Below, piece after piece: positions 54,778 to 64,000 of a stretch of DNA of 64,000 nucleotides. The stretch's first letter is position 1. Every line of letters begins with the position of its first letter. Made by a program: the position numbers and the translations under genes. Location: positions 265,743 to 329,742 of the forward strand of contig DJLZ01000005.1 in assembly GCA_002436405.1 (NCBI GenBank), read 5' to 3'. The notes below the pieces were generated by a model. That model made no database searches. It was not told the origin of the DNA and saw only the letters and a list, made by a program, of their open reading frames with translations. This DNA comes from Proteobacteria bacterium UBA6503. Lineage in GTDB: Bacteria; Pseudomonadota; Alphaproteobacteria; UBA1280; UBA6503.

Positions 54778-56958
54778 ATGATCCGCCAATACGAACTTAT
54801 CGATAAAATTCTGAAATATAATGAAAAAGCAGATATTGCGCTGATTAACCGTGCATATGTTTATTCAATGAAAGCCCACGGCAACCAAAAGCGTGCCTCG
54901 GGCGAGCCTTACCTTACGCACCCGCTAGAGGTTGCATCTATTCTGGCTGACCTTCAAATGGACGAAGCCACCGTATGTACAGGCCTTCTACACGACACCT
55001 TGGAAGACACTCTTACAACGTACGACGAACTTAAAGAGATTTTTAGCGAAGAAATCGCCGACCTTACCGAAGGTGTAACAAAGCTTTCGCGTATTAACTT
55101 CAACAATAAGTCAGTCGAGCAGGCCGAAAACTTCCGTAAGCTGTTTATGGCGATGACGAAAGATATCCGCGTGCTGCTTGTGAAACTGTCTGACCGTTTG
55201 CACAACATGCGTACGATTGACCACATGAAGAAGGAAACTTCTAAGCTACGCGTGGCAAAGGAAACTATTGATATTTTCGCACCGCTAGCTGACCGTATTG
55301 GTTTGTACGCCGTGAAGGTTGAACTTGAAGACTTGGCATTTCGCACCCTAAACCGTGACGAGTACGACAAGATTGAAGAGCGTAAAACATTCCTCCGTCA
55401 GCAGGATGACTTGATTTCACGTGTTGAGAGCGAGCTACAAAGCGAGCTTGAAGAACACAAGATTGAAGCACGAGTTTCTGGCCGAGAGAAAACCATCTAC
55501 TCAATCTACAACAAGATGGTGAAGAAAAACCTAACCTTTGATCAGCTGACCGATATCGTGGCGTATCGCATTATCCTTGACGATAAAGCTAAGTGTTACG
55601 AGGTTTTGGGTCTTATTCACAACCTGTACAAGGCTATTCCGGGGCGCTTTAAAGATTACATCTCTAACGCTAAGCCTAACGGTTACCAGTCATTGCACAC
55701 CTCGGTTATTGGCCCATACGGTCAGCGTATTGAAATTCAAATCCGTACCCAAGAAATGCACGACGTTTCTGAGTATGGTGTGGCCGCACACTGGCTGTAC
55801 AAGCAGTCATCAGGCAATATTAACCCATCGTCATACCGCTGGGTGAAAGAGCTTAAAGAAATTCTGCAAACCACTGAAGACCCAGAAGAATTCCTTGAAA
55901 ATACCAAGATGGACTTGTTCTCGGACGAGGTATTTGTGTTTACACCAAAGGGTGACCTTATTACGCTGCCATACGGCGCTACACCCCTTGATTTTGCTTA
56001 TAACGTGCACTCTGATGTGGGTAACAAAACCCACTCGGCCAAGATTAACGGCCGTATTGTGCCGCTAAAAACCCGCCTTAATAACGGCGACCAGGTTGAG
56101 ATTGTAACCCGCAAAGGGCAGGTGCCAAACCCAGGCTGGCGCGAAATGGTCACGACGGCTAAGGCGCGTTCAGCCATCAACCGTTACCTGCGTGCGCAAG
56201 AGCTTGATGCCCAAATTAAGCTTGGCCGTGAAATTCTTGAAAAAGCAATGCGCCGTGATGGTTACTCGTGGGTTGAAAAAGACCTTCAAAAAGTGGCCGA
56301 TGCACAAAAGCTGCAAGGCATTGATGATGTGTTTGCCGGTATTGCTCAGGGGCGTCTGTTCCCACGTCAGGTGGTGGCAGTGCTCTTCCCTGAAGTGGCA
56401 GAAGCCAAAGAACGTGAAGAACGCGCCAAGGCCGATACACCTGCCACAACATCAACAGGTGGGGCAGCACAGCGCTTGTCACAAATGGATGATGAGAACG
56501 CTATTGGTATCGATGGCTTGGTAAGTGGCCTAGCCGTACAAATTGCGGGCTGCTGTACACCACTACCGGGCGAACCTATCGTTGGTATTATCAACACCGG
56601 TAAAGGTGTGAACATTCACGCGAAGAACTGTAAAAACCTTGAGCAGTTCGCTGAAGACCCTGACCGCTGGCTACCAGTTAAATGGCGTGAAAAAGACCCA
56701 GAAGGCGGCAAGGGCAAGGCCTTTGTTGCACGTATGCGCCTTACACTTACACACGCACCGGGCGTGCTATCATCAGTAACAACAGCTATCTTTAACGTTG
56801 AAGGTAACATTGTTGACCTTCACATCGAATCACGTGGGACAGACTCATACGATATGCGCTGCGACGTTGAAGTGCAGGACTTGGACCACTTCAACCGTAT
56901 GCTTACTGCACTGCGTAATCTGAAATGTATTATTAATGTAGAGCGTCTACAGGGGTAA
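54778..56958 (+). CDS. spoT: Bifunctional (p)ppGpp synthetase/hydrolase (SpoT/Rel)
   Basis: 726 aa with an HD hydrolase (HPLEVASILA...HDTLED) and synthetase domain followed by TGS and ACT domains. Confidence 0.95.
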   Translation: MIRQYELIDKILKYNEKADIALINRAYVYSMKAHGNQKRASGEPYLTHPLEVASILADLQMDEATVCTGLLHDTLEDTLTTYDELKEIFSEEIADLTEGVTKLSRINFNNKSVEQAENFRKLFMAMTKDIRVLLVKLSDRLHNMRTIDHMKKETSKLRVAKETIDIFAPLADRIGLYAVKVELEDLAFRTLNRDEYDKIEERKTFLRQQDDLISRVESELQSELEEHKIEARVSGREKTIYSIYNKMVKKNLTFDQLTDIVAYRIILDDKAKCYEVLGLIHNLYKAIPGRFKDYISNAKPNGYQSLHTSVIGPYGQRIEIQIRTQEMHDVSEYGVAAHWLYKQSSGNINPSSYRWVKELKEILQTTEDPEEFLENTKMDLFSDEVFVFTPKGDLITLPYGATPLDFAYNVHSDVGNKTHSAKINGRIVPLKTRLNNGDQVEIVTRKGQVPNPGWREMVTTAKARSAINRYLRAQELDAQIKLGREILEKAMRRDGYSWVEKDLQKVADAQKLQGIDDVFAGIAQGRLFPRQVVAVLFPEVAEAKEREERAKADTPATTSTGGAAQRLSQMDDENAIGIDGLVSGLAVQIAGCCTPLPGEPIVGIINTGKGVNIHAKNCKNLEQFAEDPDRWLPVKWREKDPEGGKGKAFVARMRLTLTHAPGVLSSVTTAIFNVEGNIVDLHIESRGTDSYDMRCDVEVQDLDHFNRMLTALRNLKCIINVERLQG

Positions 56959-56961
56959 TTA

Positions 56962-57660
56962 GTGTTTTTATTTAAAGTTCCAAAACGCCGACCACGTGGC
57001 CTACACCGCCGCCGCCGTTTGCATTTTTGGCACCATTCACGTGAATGGATTTGGCCAAGCATGGGTATTAAACCCACGCTGCGCTGGATGGAACTTAAAA
57101 TTAAGCGCAGCCGTGGCACAGCTTATAAAGCAGCTATGGGTGCAGCCATTGGGGTAGGGGTTTGCTTTACACCGTTTTTTGGTTTTCACGTTATTCTGAT
57201 TTACCTTCTTACAAAGCTTTTGCGTGCCAGCTTTTTGGTAGGCCTTGTTATTAGCTTTGTGGGTAACCCTTGGACGTTCCCGTTCATTACCCTTTGGACG
57301 TATGAACTTGGCCACTGGCTATTAGGGAATGATGGTGGGCACCAACCTGCGCTTGAAACTGCCCCAGGCTTTCAGGATATCTTTTCAAACTACGTATACT
57401 TCTGGAATGAATACATTTGGCCGATGACAGTAGGCGGCTTGCCTACGGCTTTGGTTGTTGGGGCGATTGTATTCTTTACGCTGCGTGGGAACATCCGTCG
57501 TTACCAAAAGTACCGTATTCAACGTATTCGTGCAGCACGCCAGCGCAATAAAGAGCGCGCTGAAGAAAGCCGTGTTGCAGCATTGGCTGAAAAAATTAAA
57601 GAAACTGGCCACGCCGCAACCGATAAAGTGAAGACAATCCTTCACATCGACGAGGAGTAA
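56962..57660 (+). CDS. DUF2062-family membrane protein
   Basis: 232 aa. It sits between spoT and acpS, a conserved alphaproteobacterial position. Confidence 0.55.
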   Translation: MFLFKVPKRRPRGLHRRRRLHFWHHSREWIWPSMGIKPTLRWMELKIKRSRGTAYKAAMGAAIGVGVCFTPFFGFHVILIYLLTKLLRASFLVGLVISFVGNPWTFPFITLWTYELGHWLLGNDGGHQPALETAPGFQDIFSNYVYFWNEYIWPMTVGGLPTALVVGAIVFFTLRGNIRRYQKYRIQRIRAARQRNKERAEESRVAALAEKIKETGHAATDKVKTILHIDEE

Positions 57661-57665
57661 CCTCA

Positions 57666-58037
57666 ATGATTTACGGTATCGGGACTGACATGTGCGACGT
57701 AAAGCGCATTGAAAAGCTTCTTGAAAAACGTGGTGACGTTTTTATTAACAAGATTTTATCGGATGAAGAGCGCGCCAAAGCGCCTGAAACCATTACCCCC
57801 AACTGGCTTGCTAAACGCTTTGCAGCTAAAGAAGCGGTAGTTAAAGCTATGGGTACTGGCTTTGTTGATGGTTTGTTCTTTGGGGATATCAAAGTTTTTA
57901 ACAACGATGCTGGTAAACCTTATGTTGAGCTATCAGCTAAGGCGCAGGCAATGTTGCCACAACAGATGAATGTTTTTTTAAGCCTAAGTGATGAGAAAAC
58001 TTACGCTTTAGCCTTTGCTGTGCTAGAACAAAAATAA
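57666..58037 (+). CDS. acpS: Holo-ACP synthase
   Basis: MIYGIGTDMCDVKRIE, the 4'-phosphopantetheinyl transferase motif. Confidence 0.85.
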   Translation: MIYGIGTDMCDVKRIEKLLEKRGDVFINKILSDEERAKAPETITPNWLAKRFAAKEAVVKAMGTGFVDGLFFGDIKVFNNDAGKPYVELSAKAQAMLPQQMNVFLSLSDEKTYALAFAVLEQK

Positions 58038-58061
58038 CAGAATTATTGAAAGCTCGATCAT

Positions 58062-58838
58062 ATGAGTACACAACAAGAAAAAATGCCAAGCCTATTTAAG
58101 CGTGTATTTTACCCACGCCACGAAGGCCCATACAAAGTGTTTATGGAATATGCACGTGTTATTGGTGTGGCGCTGCTTATTGCTTTTGTGTTCCGTACGT
58201 TTGTGGCTTCACCTTACAAAATCCCATCAAGCTCAATGATGCCAACACTGCTTGTGGGCGATTACCTATTTGTAAGCAAATACAGCTACGGACTACCAAT
58301 CTTGTTTACCGATGGTGACCGTGTGAATGAAGTATTGCCTGAGCGTGGCGATATTATTGTTTTCAAAAAACACCTCCCTCGTGGCGGCGAGCAAAACTAC
58401 ATTAAGCGTGTTATTGGCGTGCCGGGCGATATGCTGGCATACCGCAACAAGCAAGTTATTCTGAACGGTGAGCCTTTGGCCCTTAATGATGTGAAGACTC
58501 ACACCTACGAATACCACGGTGAAACTATTGAGACCGCACGCTACACCGAAACTTTGGTTGATATGCAGCACCCAGTTTTGCACCAAGCCGTTGAAGGGCA
58601 AGATGTTGAGCCTATGCGTGTACCGCCAAACCACCTTGTTGTGATGGGTGATAACCGTGACAGCAGCTACGACAGCCGCTTTTGGCATTACCCTGGTTGG
58701 GGCTATGTTTCAATGGATGATGTTGTTGGCCGCGCTGAGTTTATTTTCTGGTCGTGGGATGAGCACTTCCAACCACGCCTTGAACGCATTGGTACATCAT
58801 TGCGTAAAGTTATTCTGAAAGATGAAAAGGATAGTTAA
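58062..58838 (+). CDS. lepB: Signal peptidase I
   Basis: S26 motifs (SSSMMPTL, GDNRDSSYDSR). Confidence 0.9.
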   Translation: MSTQQEKMPSLFKRVFYPRHEGPYKVFMEYARVIGVALLIAFVFRTFVASPYKIPSSSMMPTLLVGDYLFVSKYSYGLPILFTDGDRVNEVLPERGDIIVFKKHLPRGGEQNYIKRVIGVPGDMLAYRNKQVILNGEPLALNDVKTHTYEYHGETIETARYTETLVDMQHPVLHQAVEGQDVEPMRVPPNHLVVMGDNRDSSYDSRFWHYPGWGYVSMDDVVGRAEFIFWSWDEHFQPRLERIGTSLRKVILKDEKDS

Positions 58839-59549
58839 ATGACTGATGCAGCCGTTAAGAAGCTTCAAGAAAAAGTAGGCTATACATTTAAAAACCAAAA
58901 TTTGCTAGGCCAAGCTTTGGTGCATAGTTCAGCACTACAAGGTACACCGCACGAGCATGATAACGAGCGCCTAGAATTTTTGGGCGACCGTATTCTGAAC
59001 TTCTGCGTATCTGACCTACTGTTTAAAACCTACCGTGGTGATAGCGAAGGTGTTCTATCAAAGCGCCATGCAGCGCTTGTTCGTCAGGACACTTTGGCTA
59101 TTGTTGCGCGCCAAATTGGTTTGGGTGACTGCCTAACACTTGGCCGCGGTGAAGAGGCCACAGGCGGCCGCGAGAAGGATTCTATCCTCTCGGACGCTAT
59201 GGAAGCCTTTATCGCTGCCCTTTACCTAGATATGGAGCGTGAGGAAGACCTCACCACCGCATGGAAGTTTATTAAAAAGTTCTGGTCGCCAATCCTTGAG
59301 CAAGTAGAACTGAAAGACCCTAAATCACGCCTGCAAGAGCTGCTGCAATCAAAAGGCCAGCCACTGCCAGAATATAAAGTGATTGAAATGAAGGGCGAAG
59401 CACACAACCCAACTTTTGTAATGGAAGTGCACACAACCTCATTTGGCAACGCCGTGGGCGAGGGGCCATCAAAGCAAGCTGCCCAGCAAGACGCTGCACG
59501 TATGCTGCTTGATAGCCTGCCAGAAGAACTTACACAACAAACAGCTTAA
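58839..59549 (+). CDS. rnc: Ribonuclease III
   Basis: RNase III signature ERLEFLGDRIL and a C-terminal dsRBD. Confidence 0.9.
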   Translation: MTDAAVKKLQEKVGYTFKNQNLLGQALVHSSALQGTPHEHDNERLEFLGDRILNFCVSDLLFKTYRGDSEGVLSKRHAALVRQDTLAIVARQIGLGDCLTLGRGEEATGGREKDSILSDAMEAFIAALYLDMEREEDLTTAWKFIKKFWSPILEQVELKDPKSRLQELLQSKGQPLPEYKVIEMKGEAHNPTFVMEVHTTSFGNAVGEGPSKQAAQQDAARMLLDSLPEELTQQTA

Positions 59550-59571
59550 GCGTTTAGAACGGAGACATATT

Positions 59572-60495
59572 TTGCAAACACGTGCTGGTTTTATTGCCAT
59601 TGTTGGCGCACCAAACGCAGGTAAATCAACCCTGCTTAACGGCCTATTGGGTGAAAAACTCGCCATTGTAAGCCCTAAGGTGCAAACAACACGTACAAAC
59701 CTACGTGGTGTGCTAACCGTCGACGAAAAACAATACATCTTTGTTGATACCCCAGGTATTCACAAAGCCCGCCGCCAGTTTGACCAAGCCATGGTTGATG
59801 CTGCTTACCAAGCACTTATCGATGCTGACGTTCTGGTACTGGTTGTTGACTGCATGAAGGGCTTCAACAAAGAAACTATGAACATCGTTGAAACCCTAGA
59901 GAGCATTAAGAAGAACACCAAAAAGTTCCCACCTTTGCTGTTGGCTTTGAACAAGATTGATAAGATTGATAAAACAAAGCTTCTGCCAATGATGGAAAAA
60001 GCAGGCACTATTGGTATTTTTGACGATATTATTCCGCTATCAGCGCTTAAAGCCAAAGGGTGCGATATTGTGCTACAAGTTGTGGGGCAATACCTGCCAG
60101 AAACGCCATTCCTTTACGACCCTGACACCCTAACCGATATGCCGTCACGCCTATGGGCCGCCGAAGCTACGCGTGAGCGAGCCTTCTTGCTGCTGGGTGA
60201 TGAGCTGCCATACTCACTGAGTGTTGAGACGATGGCCTTTGATCAGCGTGAAGACGGTAGTGTTGAAATCCACCAAAACGTTTACCTTGAACGTGATGGC
60301 CAGAAGAAGATTATTGTTGGTAAAAACGGCCAAATGCTGAAGAAAATTGGCGAGCAGGCCCGTAAAGCAATGAGTGTGATGTTCGGTGGCGAGGTTCACT
60401 TGTACCTTCAGGTGAAGATCCGTCCAAACTGGGCGTCTGACATTCATCACATGCGTATGCTTGGGCTTGAGCCTAACACCAAAAAGCGTAAATAG
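59572..60495 (+). CDS. era: GTPase Era
   Basis: G1 GAPNAGKST, then DTPG, then a KH domain. The start is placed at TTG 59572, 7 nt after GGAG. The longer ORF from 59443 would overlap rnc in another frame. Confidence 0.85.
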   Translation: MQTRAGFIAIVGAPNAGKSTLLNGLLGEKLAIVSPKVQTTRTNLRGVLTVDEKQYIFVDTPGIHKARRQFDQAMVDAAYQALIDADVLVLVVDCMKGFNKETMNIVETLESIKKNTKKFPPLLLALNKIDKIDKTKLLPMMEKAGTIGIFDDIIPLSALKAKGCDIVLQVVGQYLPETPFLYDPDTLTDMPSRLWAAEATRERAFLLLGDELPYSLSVETMAFDQREDGSVEIHQNVYLERDGQKKIIVGKNGQMLKKIGEQARKAMSVMFGGEVHLYLQVKIRPNWASDIHHMRMLGLEPNTKKRK

Positions 60496-60503
60496 GGCAA
60501 CGC

Positions 60504-61226
60504 ATGCAGCGCGAGAGCGAAGGCATCCTGCTTGAAGTTCGCCCCCACGGCGAAAGCTCATGTATCTGCAAAGTCTTTACTGAAGAATATGGTTTGGTGG
60601 CTGGCCTTGTAAAAGGTGGCCGTAAAAAACGTGCCGAACTGACCGAGGGCAACCTTGTGCACATTACCCACGCCCGCCGGCTTGAAAACCAACTTGGCAC
60701 CATGCGTATTGAGGTTTTGCACAATAACGCCATTGCTATTTTTGATGCGCCTGACCGCTTAAATATGCTGCGCTACCAGTGCGAGCTTATGGCGGCACTC
60801 TTGCCTGAAGATGTTTCTCAACCGAAATTTTATGACCGTACAAAGGCTATGATTAGTGGCCTTGCAGCGCATCCAATCCCGTGGCAAGCCCTCGCTGAGT
60901 GGGAGGTTGATATTCTTTCAGCCGTTGGTTTTGGGTTGTCGCTGCACCCTGATGAGGCCGTCCCATGTGAAGAGGGTAGCCCACTTTATTACGTGTCACC
61001 AAAGTCAGGAAGAGCCGTTTCTCAGGCAATGGGAAGGCCATATCACGATAAAATGCTCATTTTACCCCGTTTTTTTGGGGGGCAAGTAGGCGAAATCCTT
61101 GACGTTTTCGCATTAACAGGGCATTTTCTTAAGCACGCGCTAGATGAACTCGCGCCATTTAAGAAAGAAATCACCAGCCGCAATCTGATTATCGATATGC
61201 TAATCGCTGGTGAATCTAAAGACTAA
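60504..61226 (+). CDS. recO: DNA repair protein RecO
   Basis: 240 aa with a RecO N-terminal OB fold. The position after era is conserved. Confidence 0.75.
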   Translation: MQRESEGILLEVRPHGESSCICKVFTEEYGLVAGLVKGGRKKRAELTEGNLVHITHARRLENQLGTMRIEVLHNNAIAIFDAPDRLNMLRYQCELMAALLPEDVSQPKFYDRTKAMISGLAAHPIPWQALAEWEVDILSAVGFGLSLHPDEAVPCEEGSPLYYVSPKSGRAVSQAMGRPYHDKMLILPRFFGGQVGEILDVFALTGHFLKHALDELAPFKKEITSRNLIIDMLIAGESKD

Positions 61227-61240
61227 AGGGGACAAACCAC

Positions 61241-63751
61241 ATGGCAACTACTGTATTGCAAGGCTCATTTACCGATGAAATGAAGAGCCGCTATTTGACC
61301 TACGCCATGAGCACTATTATGGCACGTGCGTTGCCTGATGCTCGTGATGGTCTAAAGCCTGTGCACCGTCGTCTTCTTTACGTTATGCGTACCCTTAAGC
61401 TGGACCCTGAAAAAGGCTACAAAAAATGTGCCCGTGTTGTTGGTGATGTAATTGGTAAATACCACCCACACGGTGACCAAGCTGTTTACGACGCTATGGT
61501 GCGTCTGTCACAAGATTTTGCCGTGCGCTACCCAATGGTAGACGGCCAAGGTAACTTTGGTAACATCGATGGCGATAACGCAGCGGCCATGCGTTACACT
61601 GAGGCCAAGCTAACCAAAGTTGCTGCATGGATGATGAAAGACCTTGAGTCTGGCACTGTTGACTTCCGTGCAAACTACGATGAAACAGAATCTGAGCCGA
61701 TTGTATTTACAGCGGCATTCCCAAACCTTCTATGTAACGGCGCTACTGGTATTGCGGTTGGTATGTCAACCAGCATCCCACCACACAACGTGGGCGAGGT
61801 TTGTAGCGCCATTAAAAAGCTTCTTAAAAACCCAGAAGTAAGCGAAGCTGCCTTGATGAAAAGCGTGAAGGGCCCAGACCTTCCGACAGGTGGTATCATC
61901 GCTGAAACTGAAGAGGCTATCCAACAATGCTACACCACAGGCCGTGGTAGCATCCGTGTACGTGCCCGTTGGGAAGTTGAAGAACTACCACGTGGCCAGT
62001 ACCAAATTGTTGTGACTGAAATTCCGTACCAAGTACAAAAAAGCCGCCTGATTGAAAAAATTGCCGACCTTATCAACGCCAAGAAACTACCTTGGCTAGC
62101 GGATATCCGTGATGAGTCAACCGAAGATGTACGTGTTGTGCTTGAGCCTAAGTCACGTACTGTTGATGCTGAAGCTTTGATGGAAGCGTTGTTCAAAGCG
62201 TCTGAGCTTGAAACACGCCTGAGCGTTATCATGCACGCCATTAACGGTAAGGGCGAGCCTGAGCTACTAACCCTTAAGCGTATCTGTGAAGAGTTTGTTG
62301 ACCACCGCCGTAACGTACTCCTGCGCAAAACCAACTGGCGCCTTGGCAAAATTGCCGACCGCTTGCACATTTTGGCAGCGTACAAGGTTGTGCACCTGAA
62401 CATTGACGAAGTTATCGAGATTATTAAAAAGAACGATAAGCCAGCCCCAATCATGATGGAGCGCTTCGACATTGATGAAGTTCAGGCCGAAGCTATCCTA
62501 AACATGCGTCTACGCCGTTTGCGTAAGCTTGACGAAATGGAAATTGTGAAAGAGTTTGATGAACTTTCAGCCGAGCAAAAAGAGCTGCAAGCTCTACTTG
62601 CTAGCGAAGACAAGCAAACCGAATCATTGATTACCGAAGTTGACGAAATCAAAAAAGAATTTGGCGATAAACGCCGTACCGACATTGAAGGCGCACCTTC
62701 AGCTGTGGTTATTCCGCTAGAAGCCCAAATCGAGCGTGAGCCTGTAACAGTTCTACTTTCAAAGCACGGCTGGATTAAGACCATTAAAGGCCATATGGAC
62801 GATGATGCTGAAGCCAAGTTTAAGGAAGGTGACGAAGAAGCCTTCCGTCTGATGACCCAATCAACATCTGACATTTGCGTACTTGCAAGTGGCGGTAAGG
62901 TTTACACCGTTAATGCCAACAAGCTGCCATCTGGCCGCGGCTTTGGTGAACCTCTACGCTTGATGGTTGACCTTGGCGACGAAGACGTTGTGAGCATGTT
63001 CGAACCTGGTAAAGAGTCTAAGTACCTTGTGGCAACAAAAGGTGGCCAAGGCTTTATTGCTGAAGGCGAAAACCTAACTTCACAAACCAAGAACGGTAAG
63101 TCAGTGCTGAACGTAGGTAAAGGCGATGCTGCTGCCTACTGCCGTGAGATTAAAGCCGGTGAAGATATGGTTGCCGTATACTCAACCGAGAACAACCGCA
63201 TGCTTGTATTCGCCCTTGAAGAAGTGCCAACACTAGCCCGTGGTAAAGGCGTGAAGCTAATGAACGTGAAAGACGGTACACTTGATGATGTATGTGTATT
63301 TAGTTCAGCTGCTGGCCTAGGCCTAGCAAGCGGCCGCGAGCGTGTGTTTAAAGATCTTGAAATCTGGATTGGTAAACGTGCCCAAGTTGGTAAACTACCT
63401 CCGCATGGCTACCAAACCAACCTGAAGTTCTTCGCCCCAGAAACTGATGCACCAAAAGGTGATGCTGAAGAAGACACATCAACTGAAGCTTCAACAGAAG
63501 AAAAAGTTGAGTCTAAGTCTGAAGAAAAAGCATCAGAGAAGAAAGCTGAGGCGCCAAAAGCTGAAGAAAAAACTGAAGCTAAGAAAGAAGACAAACCTAA
63601 GGCCGAATCAGACTCTGATAAAGAAGATGATAAAAAACGCCTAGGTGAGTTGGTTTCAGCCGTAAGCAAATTCGACGATGAAGACGAAGGCAAAGACAAA
63701 GGCGACGATGATGACGAGCCAAACCTCTTCAAGTTTATGGATGATGAGTAA
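61241..63751 (+). CDS. parC: Topoisomerase IV subunit A (ParC) with acidic/lysine-rich C-terminal tail
   Basis: GyrA/ParC N-terminal domain (active-site region AMRYTEAKL) followed by a beta-pinwheel. The last approximately 100 aa are E/K/D-rich and end DDDDEPNLFKFMDDE. Confidence 0.75.
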   Translation: MATTVLQGSFTDEMKSRYLTYAMSTIMARALPDARDGLKPVHRRLLYVMRTLKLDPEKGYKKCARVVGDVIGKYHPHGDQAVYDAMVRLSQDFAVRYPMVDGQGNFGNIDGDNAAAMRYTEAKLTKVAAWMMKDLESGTVDFRANYDETESEPIVFTAAFPNLLCNGATGIAVGMSTSIPPHNVGEVCSAIKKLLKNPEVSEAALMKSVKGPDLPTGGIIAETEEAIQQCYTTGRGSIRVRARWEVEELPRGQYQIVVTEIPYQVQKSRLIEKIADLINAKKLPWLADIRDESTEDVRVVLEPKSRTVDAEALMEALFKASELETRLSVIMHAINGKGEPELLTLKRICEEFVDHRRNVLLRKTNWRLGKIADRLHILAAYKVVHLNIDEVIEIIKKNDKPAPIMMERFDIDEVQAEAILNMRLRRLRKLDEMEIVKEFDELSAEQKELQALLASEDKQTESLITEVDEIKKEFGDKRRTDIEGAPSAVVIPLEAQIEREPVTVLLSKHGWIKTIKGHMDDDAEAKFKEGDEEAFRLMTQSTSDICVLASGGKVYTVNANKLPSGRGFGEPLRLMVDLGDEDVVSMFEPGKESKYLVATKGGQGFIAEGENLTSQTKNGKSVLNVGKGDAAAYCREIKAGEDMVAVYSTENNRMLVFALEEVPTLARGKGVKLMNVKDGTLDDVCVFSSAAGLGLASGRERVFKDLEIWIGKRAQVGKLPPHGYQTNLKFFAPETDAPKGDAEEDTSTEASTEEKVESKSEEKASEKKAEAPKAEEKTEAKKEDKPKAESDSDKEDDKKRLGELVSAVSKFDDEDEGKDKGDDDDEPNLFKFMDDE

Positions 63752-64000
63752 TAGCCTCAAAAATACCTTTCACAAAATTTCCTATGACGGGCTTAATGCC
63801 CGTCAGCAGGAGAATTACAATTTCCACAAAATAGCCGCAAAACTTGCAGATTATGGGTTTACCTCAATTAAGCTAAGCGATGATTGGCAGGGGGCAGACT
63901 TTATTGCTTGTCATTGTAATGGTCTAGATTCTATTAAAGTTCAGCTTAAAGGCCGAGTGACGATAGATAAGAAGTACCTTGATAAAGATATTTACATCGG
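63744..64000 (+). CDS. Partial ORF (85+ aa, runs off window), low-GC, PD-(D/E)xK-like motif
   Basis: ATG at 63744 overlaps the parC stop by 8 nt. The protein reads MSNSLKNTFHKISYDGLNARQQENYNFHKIAAKLADYGFTSIKLSDDWQGADFIACHCNGLDSIKVQLKGR... The motif GADFIA-x(n)-IKVQLKGR resembles D...(E/Q)xK nuclease cores. It is visibly AT-richer than the flanks. Confidence 0.3.
   Translation, partial: MSNSLKNTFHKISYDGLNARQQENYNFHKIAAKLADYGFTSIKLSDDWQGADFIACHCNGLDSIKVQLKGRVTIDKKYLDKDIYI

Noticed and set aside
59443-59571. Long Era ORF starting at 59443 (MATPWARGHQ...)
   Set aside because: It would overlap the 3' 107 nt of rnc in another frame, and the extension is not Era-like. The TTG at 59572 with an upstream GGAG gives a canonical-length Era beginning at the G1 motif.

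Overview
The window reads as a contiguous chromosomal segment of a moderate-GC alphaproteobacterium (roughly 43-47% GC by eye). The evidence is a PopZ-like polar organiser next to valS, an ECF sigma/DUF1109 (SigF-NrsF-type) pair, alphaproteobacterial LexA-independent housekeeping synteny (rpoZ-spoT-DUF2062-acpS-lepB-rnc-era-recO-parC; recG-sdhE-mfd-smpB; yajC-secD-secF; tatABC-serS-pcm-yqaA-nlpD-apt), and acidic or lysine-rich tails on several proteins. Most of the window is core housekeeping: fabF (3' end), mltG, gmk, valS, an MsbA-like ABC exporter, erpA/iscA, nagZ, tatABC, serS, two pcm paralogs, nadK, trmFO, uvrA, ssb, recG, mfd, smpB, rpoZ, spoT and others. There are three tRNAs: Gly-GCC (+), Asn-GTT (-) and Cys-GCA (-). 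Two regions stand out as accessory. The first is a two-gene, compositionally foreign island at about 3.1-6.6 kb. Its CDSs are GC-rich with enterobacterial-style codon usage, it sits in host-like AT-rich intergenic DNA, and each gene is preceded by a polypyrimidine leader. It encodes a ClpP-fold serine protease carrying a long C-terminal coiled extension, and a large acidic tandem-repeat protein that ends in a vWA-like domain. The island lies just upstream of tRNA-Gly. It is the best candidate for an undescribed system. A protease-plus-vWA conflict or effector pair and a domesticated phage prohead-protease/scaffold remnant are both possible readings. The second region is a tightly coupled tricistronic minus-strand operon at 13.9-16.2 kb. 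It encodes a 483-aa secreted protein with three tandem 4-Cys repeats and two small secreted paralogs, both starting MMMK, with duplicated gene junctions. Smaller oddities are described in the findings: a probable A7 homopolymer frameshift in the lysine-rich tail of a DUF502 protein, a Tat-signal Fe/Mn-SOD-family protein, a CRTAC1/ASPIC-type repeat protein fused to a polytopic membrane domain, and a low-GC partial ORF with a PD-(D/E)xK-like motif at the window edge. No CRISPR arrays, rRNA genes, transposases or integrases are seen.
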